This document shows positions 16,348 through 26,078 of a stretch of 64,000 nucleotides of DNA, one piece after another. The notes below the pieces were generated by a model. The model saw only the letters and a list, made by a program, of their open reading frames with translations. It did not search any database and had not been told where the DNA came from. Location of the stretch: positions 32,001 through 96,000 of IMG/VR virus record IMGVR_UViG_3300033072_001172; one strand, given 5' to 3'. Positions within the stretch are counted from its first letter, which is position 1. Each line of letters begins with the position of its first letter. The position numbers and the translations under genes were made by a program. The DNA comes from a virus. Its lineage: Duplodnaviria > Caudoviricetes.

Positions 16348-17913
16348 ATGCGTAACTGCCTGACGAAAGCATCGCTTTTCGAGCCCAAGAAATCCGAGAC
16401 ATTCTCGGCTGTTGGTCCTTACAAGACCAAACAGCAGTGGCTTCCTTCCGCCGGGAAAGGTGTGCCTGGCGAAATGATCAACCTGGTGAAGACCCCGCGG
16501 GCCAAATCGCTCGATGAACTGAGCGCCCAGGATCCGGTGGCCCAGGCCATGCAGACGCTCCTGCTGATGCAGCTGGTGGCCGGTCAGTCCGGCAACAAAC
16601 CGATGATCGGTCCGGAAGCTGCCGGGCCGCTCATTGGCGCCCAGCTGTTGACGGATGACAAGAAGACTGCGGCGGCCGACAAACCAGACAAACTGGAGGA
16701 GCTTGCCGGTAAAGGCATACACGGTTACGCCAAGAATATCGTCAAGCAGCTGACTCCTGAGCACTACGCGGCCGCCGGCGGCAGCACGACCGAAGAAACA
16801 GTGCGGAACCTGGTAGAGGACATCATCCCGCGGCAGCTGGTGCGCGAACACGCCGCCCGCCTCGGGCGCGGCAACGTTGATCTCGGCAGCCGCATGCTCG
16901 AACAATACCTGTCGGCGTCCCTGCAGGACACTGGCGAAACTCTGCCGCGAGTGCTGACCCGCATGCTGACCGGACACGTGCAGGGTATGCGCGAGGCCGA
17001 CAAACAGAAGGCCATGCTGGACTTGAACATTGACGCTGGATTGCCGCACAAAACCAAAGCCGCCCCCTCGTGGCTTGACATCATCAAGAAGAACGCGCCG
17101 AAACCGGAACATGATCCGAACCGCGGACAGCATGCGTTGTCTCCGGCAGACGATGTGTCCAAGTACGGTTCGGCGCCTGGTTCGATTCCGTACCGGCCGG
17201 AAGTTCTGCAGGAAAAGTTGGCGACATTCTTGGGAACAACCAAAAAAGTTCTCACACACCCATTGACGCTCGGTCTCGGCGCCGCGGCCATGCCTGTCGT
17301 TCTCGATAGTGCGTGGCCGTCGATTTTGGCCGGTGGGCTCGGCGTGGCTGGCGGTGCATTGGCCCATCATATGATGGGCCCGCGCAAACTCGATCTGTCC
17401 GACAAGAAGATCGATCCGTTTTACCAACCGGTCGACGGCAAGGCTCGCGCGTTGACGGTTGATCCGGACATCCTGCGGACGGTGTTTGCCGAGAATCCTC
17501 AAGTCGGCGCCCTGGCACGGTCAGTAGACCCTAAGACACTGGCTATGTTGGGAGCTGCAGGAGATCCGACTGTCAGCGGTAAGTTCCGGCGGTTCATGGC
17601 GCACATCAGCGGACAGGGACGCGCGCTGGACAATGCCGAACAAGTACTCAAGCACATCGTGTATGCAACTCACGGTGATGTCGGCCGGAAAGACTGGCGA
17701 GACCACCTGGAGACGATTACCGGGCAGCAGGGGCACCGCTCTGGTGAATTCCTGTCGGACATTCTGCGGTCAGCCACCGGTAACCGCGGGGCGCTTGGCG
17801 GCATGAGCGCCGCCAGGTCGTTGTTCGGTAACATGAACATCAAGGACGATTTTGGTGACCAGGTGCGTCAGCTTCTGCTGCAGCGTCTGGCGGTACCGGC
17901 TCAAGCGAGGTAG
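16348..17913 (+). CDS. Putative internal/ejection virion protein
   Basis: KTA and KLA motifs; Gly/Ala-rich hydrophobic segment after EKLA; start may be the TTG at 16306. Confidence 0.6.
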   Translation: MRNCLTKASLFEPKKSETFSAVGPYKTKQQWLPSAGKGVPGEMINLVKTPRAKSLDELSAQDPVAQAMQTLLLMQLVAGQSGNKPMIGPEAAGPLIGAQLLTDDKKTAAADKPDKLEELAGKGIHGYAKNIVKQLTPEHYAAAGGSTTEETVRNLVEDIIPRQLVREHAARLGRGNVDLGSRMLEQYLSASLQDTGETLPRVLTRMLTGHVQGMREADKQKAMLDLNIDAGLPHKTKAAPSWLDIIKKNAPKPEHDPNRGQHALSPADDVSKYGSAPGSIPYRPEVLQEKLATFLGTTKKVLTHPLTLGLGAAAMPVVLDSAWPSILAGGLGVAGGALAHHMMGPRKLDLSDKKIDPFYQPVDGKARALTVDPDILRTVFAENPQVGALARSVDPKTLAMLGAAGDPTVSGKFRRFMAHISGQGRALDNAEQVLKHIVYATHGDVGRKDWRDHLETITGQQGHRSGEFLSDILRSATGNRGALGGMSAARSLFGNMNIKDDFGDQVRQLLLQRLAVPAQAR

Positions 17914-17915
17914 GC

Positions 17916-19115
17916 ATGCAGCTGACCAACATGCGCGTTACTGACTTCGCCCGTCAGGCGGCCGACGGCTACCTGGAGAACGGTGGCGACCTCAACAAGG
18001 CCGTGGCCAAATTGGCCAAGGACAACGAACTCACGCCGATGCAGATCCAGCGTGTCGTGGAAGCCGCGAACCATGAAGTGAACGCCCGGCAGTACAAGAC
18101 CGCGGAGGACAAGCGCTTCGTGTTTGAACTGGCTTCCCGCGACAAGGTGATGGAGTTGCTCGGCACCAAGGAAGCAGAGAGTGTGAAGACCGCCGCTGCT
18201 GACGTGGAATCGTTCTATGTGCTGGAACGTGATCGCCGGCAGCCGCCGCACACCAAGATTGCCTCGACCGATGATGCCGCCCGTTCGAAAGAAGGGCTGT
18301 ACACGCGCATGAACGATGTGTCGGCCGGCCGTGACGCGGCGCTGCACATGCTGGAGCGTTGCTACGCCAAGCTCAGCGAATATTCGCGCGATGTTCGTGC
18401 GGAAAAACTGGCTGTCGACCTGCGCCGCAACGAGAACTTCACCAAGTTCGTCAAAGAGGCGCAGCGGCTGATGCTGGAAGAGAACATCCCGTTCCACTTC
18501 ATGTTCAGTGGCTCACCCGGGCTGATCCACCCGGAAGTGAAGGAGGCCATTTTCAAGGACGCACACGCGCAGTTGACCAAGCGCGCCAACTCCGTTGAAA
18601 AAGCGTTGCTGGCCAAGTTTGACCCCAAGGCCAGCAAGGAAATGGGCATGGAGGTGGTTAACGGAAACCAGCCCCTGTTCATTCATCTGCGAGCGACCGC
18701 TGGTGACGCCATCAACAGTTTCGGCGTCGGCTGCGTGAGCGACGCTGTGAACAACTGCCTGGCCGGCGTGGTTACCGCGATTCACCAGTTGAACAGCGAC
18801 AAGGACGTCAAGCGTTACATCGAGCAGGAAGTCCAGCCATTCGCCAACAACGTGCAGCGTGGCGTCAAGTACGCCATGGCGTACGTGCGCGAACACGCCA
18901 ACGACAATACCTGGCTGGCCAAAACTGCGAACTGGTCCGGTGTGGTGTCCATGCTGGACAAAATCGGCCGGATCTTCCAGCTGATCAACCAGGGCGGGCA
19001 GGCCGCGGAATCGGCCGGTGGCAACATGTCTCGCTACGTGCGTGATCTCATGTCCCCCGCGTTCGTGGAAGGTGGTCAGATCATCAACTCGACCGGACTG
19101 TCCAAGGCAAAGTAA
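17916..19115 (+). CDS. Putative internal head protein, K-x-A rich
   Basis: GAGG RBS; KLA, KTA x3, KIA, KEA, KRA motifs. Confidence 0.7.
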   Translation: MQLTNMRVTDFARQAADGYLENGGDLNKAVAKLAKDNELTPMQIQRVVEAANHEVNARQYKTAEDKRFVFELASRDKVMELLGTKEAESVKTAAADVESFYVLERDRRQPPHTKIASTDDAARSKEGLYTRMNDVSAGRDAALHMLERCYAKLSEYSRDVRAEKLAVDLRRNENFTKFVKEAQRLMLEENIPFHFMFSGSPGLIHPEVKEAIFKDAHAQLTKRANSVEKALLAKFDPKASKEMGMEVVNGNQPLFIHLRATAGDAINSFGVGCVSDAVNNCLAGVVTAIHQLNSDKDVKRYIEQEVQPFANNVQRGVKYAMAYVREHANDNTWLAKTANWSGVVSMLDKIGRIFQLINQGGQAAESAGGNMSRYVRDLMSPAFVEGGQIINSTGLSKAK

Positions 19116-19118
19116 CTG

Positions 19119-19748
19119 ATGATGCTCAAGCACGCTTACGCGCCATTGTTCCGGATTACGGACCTCTCACGGGATGACGAGGTGGCCGCAGTTCGCTTCG
19201 CCACACATATCGCGAAGCTGGCGATCAGCGGGGACACTGCCGGCCTGGAGTGCTTCGTAAAGGAAGCGTTCGCGGGGGTTCGCCCGGAGGCTCTTGCGGA
19301 GCTGACCGCGCTCGCCCAGGTGTTTGTGAACCACGGAACCGCCACGGAGAAACGTGCCTTTTCGCCGATGATGTCAGGCCTGCAGGCGTCCCTGGCCGCG
19401 CTGCCCATGAAGGAGCTGCAGAAACTGCGCGAACAGGAAGCCAAACGCAGCGAGGCACTGGCCCAGGCGCTGGCGGAAGTGGTCAAGACGCATCCGCACC
19501 TGGCCAGCGACCCGAAGACCTTGGCGGAACATTTTGACGTCATGGCGCGGTTCGCCCCTGATGTTGCATCATCGTCGGTGCTGTCGGGGAACATTCTGAG
19601 CCAGCTGCACAAACTGGGCCCGGGCGCTTTGACACACCAAATGATCAGCGAATTGCGTAAGATTCAAGAAGGGATGGACGCCGAACGCCAGAATCGTGTC
19701 AAGCAGACCATCGACGCTGTTTCGCCGTTTACCCGACTGCCGTCATGA
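19119..19748 (+). CDS. Putative internal head protein
   Basis: 209 aa, helical; KHA, KLA, KEA, KRA. Confidence 0.7.
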   Translation: MMLKHAYAPLFRITDLSRDDEVAAVRFATHIAKLAISGDTAGLECFVKEAFAGVRPEALAELTALAQVFVNHGTATEKRAFSPMMSGLQASLAALPMKELQKLREQEAKRSEALAQALAEVVKTHPHLASDPKTLAEHFDVMARFAPDVASSSVLSGNILSQLHKLGPGALTHQMISELRKIQEGMDAERQNRVKQTIDAVSPFTRLPS

Positions 19749-21157
19749 GTGAGCAGCCCACAGTTGAGTACCAGGCACCGGACGCCAATGTCACGTTCTC
19801 ACGTGATGTTGGTGGTCCGTTTCGGTCAGATGACCCGGCGATCCTCAACACCTCGGAGCAATCAGGGTACACACCGGGGCGCGGTCTCGCTGCGTTCACG
19901 ACTGGTGCGCTGAGCGCCGCCGCACTGCAGCCGCTGATCGCGATGCTGATGGGCGTCAAGAAAAGCCCGTTGAACTTGAGGAAACTTATGGCGATTGCCG
20001 GTCTTTCTGGTGCCAGCGCAACTGGCCTGGACTACATGCGCGAAAAGATCCGCTCCGCCGTGGACAAACCCAAACACGTCAAGCGTGCCCAGATGACGGA
20101 GTCGGAGCTGATCGACACACTGTGGGTGACAAAGCTGGCGGCCGGATATCGTACTATCGATCCGAATGCTCCGTTCATCGGCGGCAGCGGTGGTGGTAGC
20201 GCGTCCGCACCAGGGACTCCTCCGCGCGGCATTCCGCTTCCGCCGCAACCGGTCGCTACGACGGCCGCAACACCGACCGCGCCGCCGCTTAGTCGGCACC
20301 CCAGCGATGTGGACGCTCGCTCCGTTTTGAAAAACAAAGCGGTGCAACGTGCCCGCTTGAGTGGCACGGGACCGGCAAGGGGTTACTCGACGTTCGATGC
20401 TATCGATAAGCTGAAGCAACAGCGTCTCCAGCAGCCGACAATTCTGCCCGTATACGGGACCATGCCCTGGTCACGCGGTAATGAACAAGCATCGGCTGCT
20501 ACTGCGCCGACCTCTGTGCCGGCTGCTGCTGCGCCGACCGCTGCTGTTATGCCGACTGCCACGCCGGCCTCCGCACCGGCCTCCGCACCGGCCTCCGCAC
20601 CGACCGCTTCTGGTGACCTCAGCACGTTGGAGACACCAAAAGATGTATTTAAGAGGCACATCGAGGCCGCGCGTGCCGACGTGCGTAACGCGTTGCCCGA
20701 ACTTTACAGTCAAGGTGCGGTCGATAACGCCACACTGGCGCGCGGGCTGGGTATAGCACAGCCAGGCCTGTGGAACTTCCTTAAGGATCATGCTTCCATA
20801 GATCCGCGGACAATTATCCACGGCAAAGCTCGACGCGGACAGAATGAGTTTTTGGACACGCTTCGGCCATCGCTACTGGGTCGCGCACAGAAAGGTGAAG
20901 TGTCGGACGTTGCCAATCCGTTGCTCGTCCCGTCTGCCGGCAAGGCCCCGGCAGAGAAAGAGCTGCCGGCAGAGTCTGACGGCACATTTGACATCAAACA
21001 GATGATGCCGTTGCTGATGCTGAGCCAGCTTGGCGGTCAAGGCGGTCAAGGCGGATTCGGCAACATGATCAACATGATGATGATGCTGCCGATGCAGATG
21101 AAGTTCATGGAGCGCGCGATGCGCGGGATGGAAGGACCGAAGAAAGGCAAGCTGTAA
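19745..21157 (+). CDS. Putative internal/ejection protein with Pro/Ala-rich linker and Met-rich C-terminus
   Basis: Two hydrophobic helices near the N-terminus; KRA and KLA; translational coupling at both ends. Confidence 0.65.
   Translation: MSEQPTVEYQAPDANVTFSRDVGGPFRSDDPAILNTSEQSGYTPGRGLAAFTTGALSAAALQPLIAMLMGVKKSPLNLRKLMAIAGLSGASATGLDYMREKIRSAVDKPKHVKRAQMTESELIDTLWVTKLAAGYRTIDPNAPFIGGSGGGSASAPGTPPRGIPLPPQPVATTAATPTAPPLSRHPSDVDARSVLKNKAVQRARLSGTGPARGYSTFDAIDKLKQQRLQQPTILPVYGTMPWSRGNEQASAATAPTSVPAAAAPTAAVMPTATPASAPASAPASAPTASGDLSTLETPKDVFKRHIEAARADVRNALPELYSQGAVDNATLARGLGIAQPGLWNFLKDHASIDPRTIIHGKARRGQNEFLDTLRPSLLGRAQKGEVSDVANPLLVPSAGKAPAEKELPAESDGTFDIKQMMPLLMLSQLGGQGGQGGFGNMINMMMMLPMQMKFMERAMRGMEGPKKGKL
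20564..20602 (+). repeat. 12-bp tandem repeat CCGGCCTCCGCA x3 (PASA)
   Basis: Three exact copies read directly from the sequence. Confidence 0.9.
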
Positions 21158-23889
21158 TGAGCTTCGTCAAATTCGTTGATCCTTGTGTGGACTTCGGCGA
21201 GGCGCCCGCGGTGGATATGTTCAGCCGCAGCTGGGCGAAGCTGGCGTCGTCCACGTACATGCCGGCCGAAGTCGAACAGTTCCTCAAGACAGCCAGGCCT
21301 GTGCCTGGACACCGTCTGTTGCTGGTTCATGGTCTGGGATCCAGTGAGTACTATGGGGCGAATCGTAACGGCGACGCCTTTCCTGAGATGTGGAAAGGCG
21401 CCAAGAACCTCATCGAGGACAACGTTGACCGCGGCTACGGGTTCAAGACGTTTGAGAAGAACGCACACACCTACCGTGATCACCGCAACCATGACCCGAA
21501 GCTCAGCATTGGCGGCAAGGTCAAGCTGGCTGCCTGGAACGACAAGATGCACCGGGTTGAGCTGGTGATTCCTGTCAGCGAGAAGCTGGCCGGTGACGTG
21601 GTCGATGCGATTGACCGCGGCATGAAGATTGCCGTCAGCATGGGGTGTTTCATCGCGGGCACATTGATCACGATGGCGGATGGCTCGCGCAAACCGATCG
21701 AGCAGATTCAGGTCGGTGACCGTGTGCTGACGCATCACGGCCGCGCACGGCCAGTCACGGAGCTGCACAAGCGTCCGTACGACGGTGTGTTTTTCGCGAT
21801 TCGCCCAGAAGCACACGAACCGTTTGTGTGCACGCAAGAGCACCCGCTGCTCGTGGTTGACCGCGACCAGGTAAAAAAGGACAAGTCAGGCGGTCCGCGT
21901 TGGGTGACTCGCGAAGAAGCGGAGCAGCTGGAGCCGAAGTGGCTTCATGCCGAGTGCTTCGACCCGGAGCAGCACTACCTGCTCGAACCGGTACCGACCG
22001 ACGTGTTGACCCCGGAGTACGCGACGCGTGCGTTTGCCCGTCTGCTTGGCTATTACGTCGCTGAAGGCCATGTTCTGCGCAACAAAGACAAGCAGATCTG
22101 CGGTGTCGAGTTCACGGTCAACAAGTCCGACCAGTTTTTGACGGAAGTTGACGAGCTCTGTGCTGCGTACGGCACGAAGAACAAACCGGTTGTCCGCCAG
22201 CGCGACAACACGGAGCATGCTGTTTGCGTGCAGGTGTTCGATGCCGAGTTTGCCGAACGATGCTACGCGCACGGCGGGTCTTACGCCAAGAACAAGAAGC
22301 TGTCCGAGTCGTTCATGGCGTGGCATCCGGAAATCCAGCGCGAGTTCATCGGTGCGTTCGCTGAGGGTGATGGCTGCGGCCCTGACGACGGTACGCTGCG
22401 TCTCTCCACCGGATCCGATGCTCTGGCGTGGCAGCTCCTGCAGGTGCTGGCGCGGCTCGACATCTGCGCTTCGATCAGCTGCTTGACCCACAAGGCCGGT
22501 TCAGGTTTCTCGACCAACACCACGTATGAGTGGGTGTTGCATGTCGGGAAGCAGTGGGCACAGCGCCTGCGTGATGTCTGCTCCAAGATTCAGCACGCTG
22601 ACGTGGCGTTGACCAAGAACTCTCGCCTGCATGCGGGCAACTACATCATCACTCCGGTGCGTGAACTTGAAGCCTATCGCGCCCAGACCGACGTCTACAA
22701 CTTCGAAGTGGATGAGGACGAATCGTACGTGGCGGCCGGCGTCGCCGTGCATAACTGCCGTGTGCCATTTGACGTCTGCAGCATTTGCGGCAACAAGGCC
22801 AAGCATCGTGGCCAATACTGCAAGCACGCCGCTTACCAGATGAATGATGTGCTTGACGACGGGCGCAAGGTGTACGTCGATAACCCGCAACCGAACTTCT
22901 TCGACATTTCTGTCCTGGGGCATCAGGGCCAGGGTCGTCCGGCCGACGCATCGGCCTACTCGATCATGAAAGTGGCCAACCACGAAGTGAAAATTTTCCG
23001 CGGATTCAGCCCCGCAAAGAAGGCCGACGAGAAGAAGTCAGACATCAATAAGGAGATCCCGGCGACCGGTGAGGGTCTGCCGGAACTTGAAGCTCCGGCG
23101 ACATCAGAAAAGCGGGGCCCGTTTGCCCGCTCTGAACTGGAGCTGACGCCGGAAAAACTGATGGAAATGATCCGTCAGATCCTGCCGATCGACATGGACA
23201 CCGCCGATGGCCCGTCGCCACAGTGTGTTATCACCATCCGGCGGACGATTGGTTTCGGCAAGGCGCCGAAGGAACAGGACGAAGCACACAAGGTTGCGGC
23301 GCTGTCAACGTTGACAGCCGCCGGCGCCATTCTTCGTCCGGAACTTCTCGACGAGCTGCAGCTGCATGACGTGGCCATTGACTTCAGCAAAGTGTCGGCC
23401 TCGATGCTATCGCTGTTGCGGCCCGAGATGCCTCGCTTTTCTTTGTGGTTGCCCTACTTCGGTGATCGCGTGTATCGTAACGTCAAACTGGCAACGACAC
23501 CGCGTCCCATTATGATGACCGACAAGTACGGTCAGTACCTCAACACCGTGAAGCACGCCTTGACCAACCGCAACAGCGTGGCCGAGCTGGTTAAGGCTGT
23601 CGAAAACAGCTTCAGCCTCAAGATGGCCATCGCACGTGACGACCTGGCGGAGTTGCAGAAGTTTGCAGCCAAAGGTTCAGGTGGGCCTGGCGGACTTAGT
23701 GCAGAAAATCTTGTCGCGGCCATGTTGGCACCGTTGCTCGCCGGTGCATACTTTAGAAGTCAGCAGTACTCCGGGACGCCAGTCGGACCGGTCCGCAGTT
23801 TTGTGGCGGACCACCCGGTGGCAACTGGAACATTGTCAGCGTTGCTGTGGCACAAACTGAAGGGCGGGCGTATCCCGCTCATGCAGTAG
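21157..23889 (+). CDS. Prohead maturation protease (HK97/assemblin-type fold) with intein and C-terminal extension
   Basis: NRNGDAF, putative catalytic His in YRDHRNH, putative catalytic Ser in VSMG, CSIC..CKH zinc finger, FFDISV..PAD; upstream of the capsid genes. Confidence 0.85.
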   Translation: MSFVKFVDPCVDFGEAPAVDMFSRSWAKLASSTYMPAEVEQFLKTARPVPGHRLLLVHGLGSSEYYGANRNGDAFPEMWKGAKNLIEDNVDRGYGFKTFEKNAHTYRDHRNHDPKLSIGGKVKLAAWNDKMHRVELVIPVSEKLAGDVVDAIDRGMKIAVSMGCFIAGTLITMADGSRKPIEQIQVGDRVLTHHGRARPVTELHKRPYDGVFFAIRPEAHEPFVCTQEHPLLVVDRDQVKKDKSGGPRWVTREEAEQLEPKWLHAECFDPEQHYLLEPVPTDVLTPEYATRAFARLLGYYVAEGHVLRNKDKQICGVEFTVNKSDQFLTEVDELCAAYGTKNKPVVRQRDNTEHAVCVQVFDAEFAERCYAHGGSYAKNKKLSESFMAWHPEIQREFIGAFAEGDGCGPDDGTLRLSTGSDALAWQLLQVLARLDICASISCLTHKAGSGFSTNTTYEWVLHVGKQWAQRLRDVCSKIQHADVALTKNSRLHAGNYIITPVRELEAYRAQTDVYNFEVDEDESYVAAGVAVHNCRVPFDVCSICGNKAKHRGQYCKHAAYQMNDVLDDGRKVYVDNPQPNFFDISVLGHQGQGRPADASAYSIMKVANHEVKIFRGFSPAKKADEKKSDINKEIPATGEGLPELEAPATSEKRGPFARSELELTPEKLMEMIRQILPIDMDTADGPSPQCVITIRRTIGFGKAPKEQDEAHKVAALSTLTAAGAILRPELLDELQLHDVAIDFSKVSASMLSLLRPEMPRFSLWLPYFGDRVYRNVKLATTPRPIMMTDKYGQYLNTVKHALTNRNSVAELVKAVENSFSLKMAIARDDLAELQKFAAKGSGGPGGLSAENLVAAMLAPLLAGAYFRSQQYSGTPVGPVRSFVADHPVATGTLSALLWHKLKGGRIPLMQ
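21646..22755 (+). mobile_element. Class 1 intein with LAGLIDADG endonuclease (370 aa)
   Basis: CFIAGTLITMADG start, block B TQEHP, LLGYYVAEG and FIGAFAEGDG, VYNFEV..VAVHN/C end. Confidence 0.96.
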
Positions 23890-23935
23890 CAGTCAGAGGG
23901 ACTTTGCCGCGCGTGCGGCCAATAGGGAGAAGAAA

Positions 23936-24367
23936 ATGTTTCTGGATACCATCGACAAGGCGCTCGCGGCCGCTGCCAAGAATGAACCCGTCAAGACGGC
24001 CGCTGAACAGATCACTGAGCAGACGGTGACCAAGACGGCTTCCGGCGACGAGAAGCTCGCGAAGCTGGCCAGCGAAGCGATCGCAACCGGTCGCCTCATG
24101 GGCCACGGTTTCGTGCTCGAACTGCGCAAGGAAGCCGCCGCGGCCTGGAACAAGGCGGCAACCCTGGAAGGTGGCCACGTGTCCGGCTCGAAGATCACCG
24201 AGCCCGGGTCGGTCACCGACAAGGCCAACAAGCTGCCGACCAACAAGGACAACCCGTCCAAGTCCGACATCGACGAGACCTCGGTCAAGCATCTGACCGA
24301 GAAGAACCTGACGATGCCGACCAAGACGGAGAAGGCCGACAAGCTGATCAAGAAGGTCTCCAAGTAG
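23936..24367 (+). CDS. Putative scaffold/internal head protein
   Basis: GGGAG RBS; strong C-ending codon bias; KTA, KTA, KLA, KLA, KEA, KAA within about 75 aa. Confidence 0.75.
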   Translation: MFLDTIDKALAAAAKNEPVKTAAEQITEQTVTKTASGDEKLAKLASEAIATGRLMGHGFVLELRKEAAAAWNKAATLEGGHVSGSKITEPGSVTDKANKLPTNKDNPSKSDIDETSVKHLTEKNLTMPTKTEKADKLIKKVSK

Positions 24368-24438
24368 TAAGCGCAGGCCGCCGGTCGAGTGAACTGGCGC
24401 TTTCGGAAACACAGGCTGACGCGCACAAGAACAATGGC

Positions 24439-24469
24439 GACTGTGGGCGGTGATGAACCGCCCACAGTC
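24439..24469 (+). other. Intergenic 13-bp stem hairpin without a U-tract
   Basis: GACTGTGGGCGGT-gatga-ACCGCCCACAGTC. Confidence 0.7.
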
Positions 24470-24483
24470 CAGGGAAAACAAAC

Positions 24484-24933
24484 ATGACCAACTTCGTTGA
24501 GATTCTCCAGCGCAAGCAGGCGCAGCTGGTGACGAAGGAAGCCGAGCTTCCGGAAGCCTTGAAGGCCAACCAGTTCGCCAAGAAGGAAAAGAAGGAACCG
24601 AAGGAAGACAACGACAAGGACGACAAGAACGACGCCGATGACAAGGGCGGCCGCGACGAGTATCCCAAGGGATACGACAAGGAAGCGGCTCAAAAAGAAA
24701 TCGGCACGTTCGCTGACACGGTGGTGCAGCTGACCGAAAAGATCGCGACCATCGTGCGGGAGAATCACAACACGGTGGCGGAACAGCTGTTTCGCAACAT
24801 GGTGTCGTCGAGCATGAACATGAAACTCGCCGGCATGACCAATGAGGCGTTCGAGGACCCGAAGGTCCTGGTCAAGAACGCCTACACCATGATGCTGAAT
24901 GCGGCTGATCTGCTGGACCTGCAGTTGAGCTGA
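24484..24933 (+). CDS. Putative scaffold/internal head protein
   Basis: Charged low-complexity stretch; KEA x2, KIA, KLA. Confidence 0.7.
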   Translation: MTNFVEILQRKQAQLVTKEAELPEALKANQFAKKEKKEPKEDNDKDDKNDADDKGGRDEYPKGYDKEAAQKEIGTFADTVVQLTEKIATIVRENHNTVAEQLFRNMVSSSMNMKLAGMTNEAFEDPKVLVKNAYTMMLNAADLLDLQLS

Positions 24934-25009
24934 AATCCGGGGTTAGCCGCCCGGAAGTAGTCTGGCCATACCCGCTGCCTTTGAGAAAACAACCGAACGA
25001 GGAATTGTC

Positions 25010-25333
25010 ATGACCACGCTGACCAAGATTGCCAACGAACTGAGCCAGGCCCGGCACGACCAGGCCTACGCCGACCTGTTCGAGACCATTCGCAAGTACC
25101 CGAAGCACGAAAAGGTCGCGGTTCTCCACGCGGCCCAGCAGGTGGTGGAGGCCGAGGGCCGCGGTGAAATCCCGCCGCAGACCGAGTTCGGCCGCCTGCA
25201 CCTGGCGAATGAACTGACCAAGGCCGCGGCCATTGCCGGCAACGAGGAGTTCCGCAAGGAAGCGGCCAACGCGTTTGCCGCCGGCCAGCTGGCCGCCATC
25301 CTCCTGCAGGAAGCCGCCGCCAAGGCCGAGTAG
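25010..25333 (+). CDS. Putative scaffold/internal head protein
   Basis: GAGGA RBS; KIA, KVA, KAA, KEA. Confidence 0.75.
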   Translation: MTTLTKIANELSQARHDQAYADLFETIRKYPKHEKVAVLHAAQQVVEAEGRGEIPPQTEFGRLHLANELTKAAAIAGNEEFRKEAANAFAAGQLAAILLQEAAAKAE

Positions 25334-25354
25334 TTTTCGAATTGGGTTTGTGCC

Positions 25355-25597
25355 ATGAAGAATCTTCAGGATCTGCTCGATCGTGCTCACACGGCTGCCG
25401 GGGTTTCGCCCCAGCGGTCGTTCGACACGGGCGAGCATTTTGAAGAGGACAAACCCGATTCGATTGTCCAGGCGCACATGGCCGAACTGCAGAAGAAGGC
25501 CGACGCGGATGTTGTGCGTCGGCAGGTGTGTCTCGGCATGCATCTGTTGTTGTCTGCCGCAGACAATCTTTCGGTGTTGGACACAAAGAAGGCTTAG
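25355..25597 (+). CDS. Small hypothetical head-region protein
   Basis: 80 aa; contains KKA and ends in KKA. Confidence 0.6.
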   Translation: MKNLQDLLDRAHTAAGVSPQRSFDTGEHFEEDKPDSIVQAHMAELQKKADADVVRRQVCLGMHLLLSAADNLSVLDTKKA

Positions 25598-25603
25598 CCT
25601 GCT

Positions 25604-26050
25604 ATGTCCAGTCAGAAAGACTTCGTTGAGCTGACCAAAGCCGCCAAGGACACTTTGGCGGAGTTGCAAACCGTGGCCAGTGAGAACACCAAGCTGCACA
25701 CGGAACTGGCGCGCCGGGACAGCTTGCTGCAAAAGCAGGCACAACTGCTCGACGCGTACGCGCACGTACTGACCCTGGTCAAAGAAGGTGAGATTGATGT
25801 CGGCCAGGTCGCAGAGGAACTTGATCGCATCATCAAGCTAGGATTGTCGACGTACAAAGAAGCGTCTGTGGCGCCTGGCGCTGCCGACAGGATTTTTGGT
25901 GAAATCCTGCCGGAAAATTCTGGTGGTCAGGTTGAAAACCAGAAGACAGCACACATGCTTGAAGACGGAAGAGCGCTCGACTCCGTTTCAGCGTGGTTGC
26001 TGCAATGGCGCGAAAAACGCTTTGGCACCCCATCGGGTCTTGTGACCTGA
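25604..26050 (+). CDS. Putative capsid scaffolding protein
   Basis: Coiled-coil N-terminus; KAA, KQA, KEA, KTA; precedes the decoration and capsid genes. Confidence 0.6.
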   Translation: MSSQKDFVELTKAAKDTLAELQTVASENTKLHTELARRDSLLQKQAQLLDAYAHVLTLVKEGEIDVGQVAEELDRIIKLGLSTYKEASVAPGAADRIFGEILPENSGGQVENQKTAHMLEDGRALDSVSAWLLQWREKRFGTPSGLVT

Positions 26051-26078
26051 ACAGGGCGAACAAACAGGAGCATTACAC

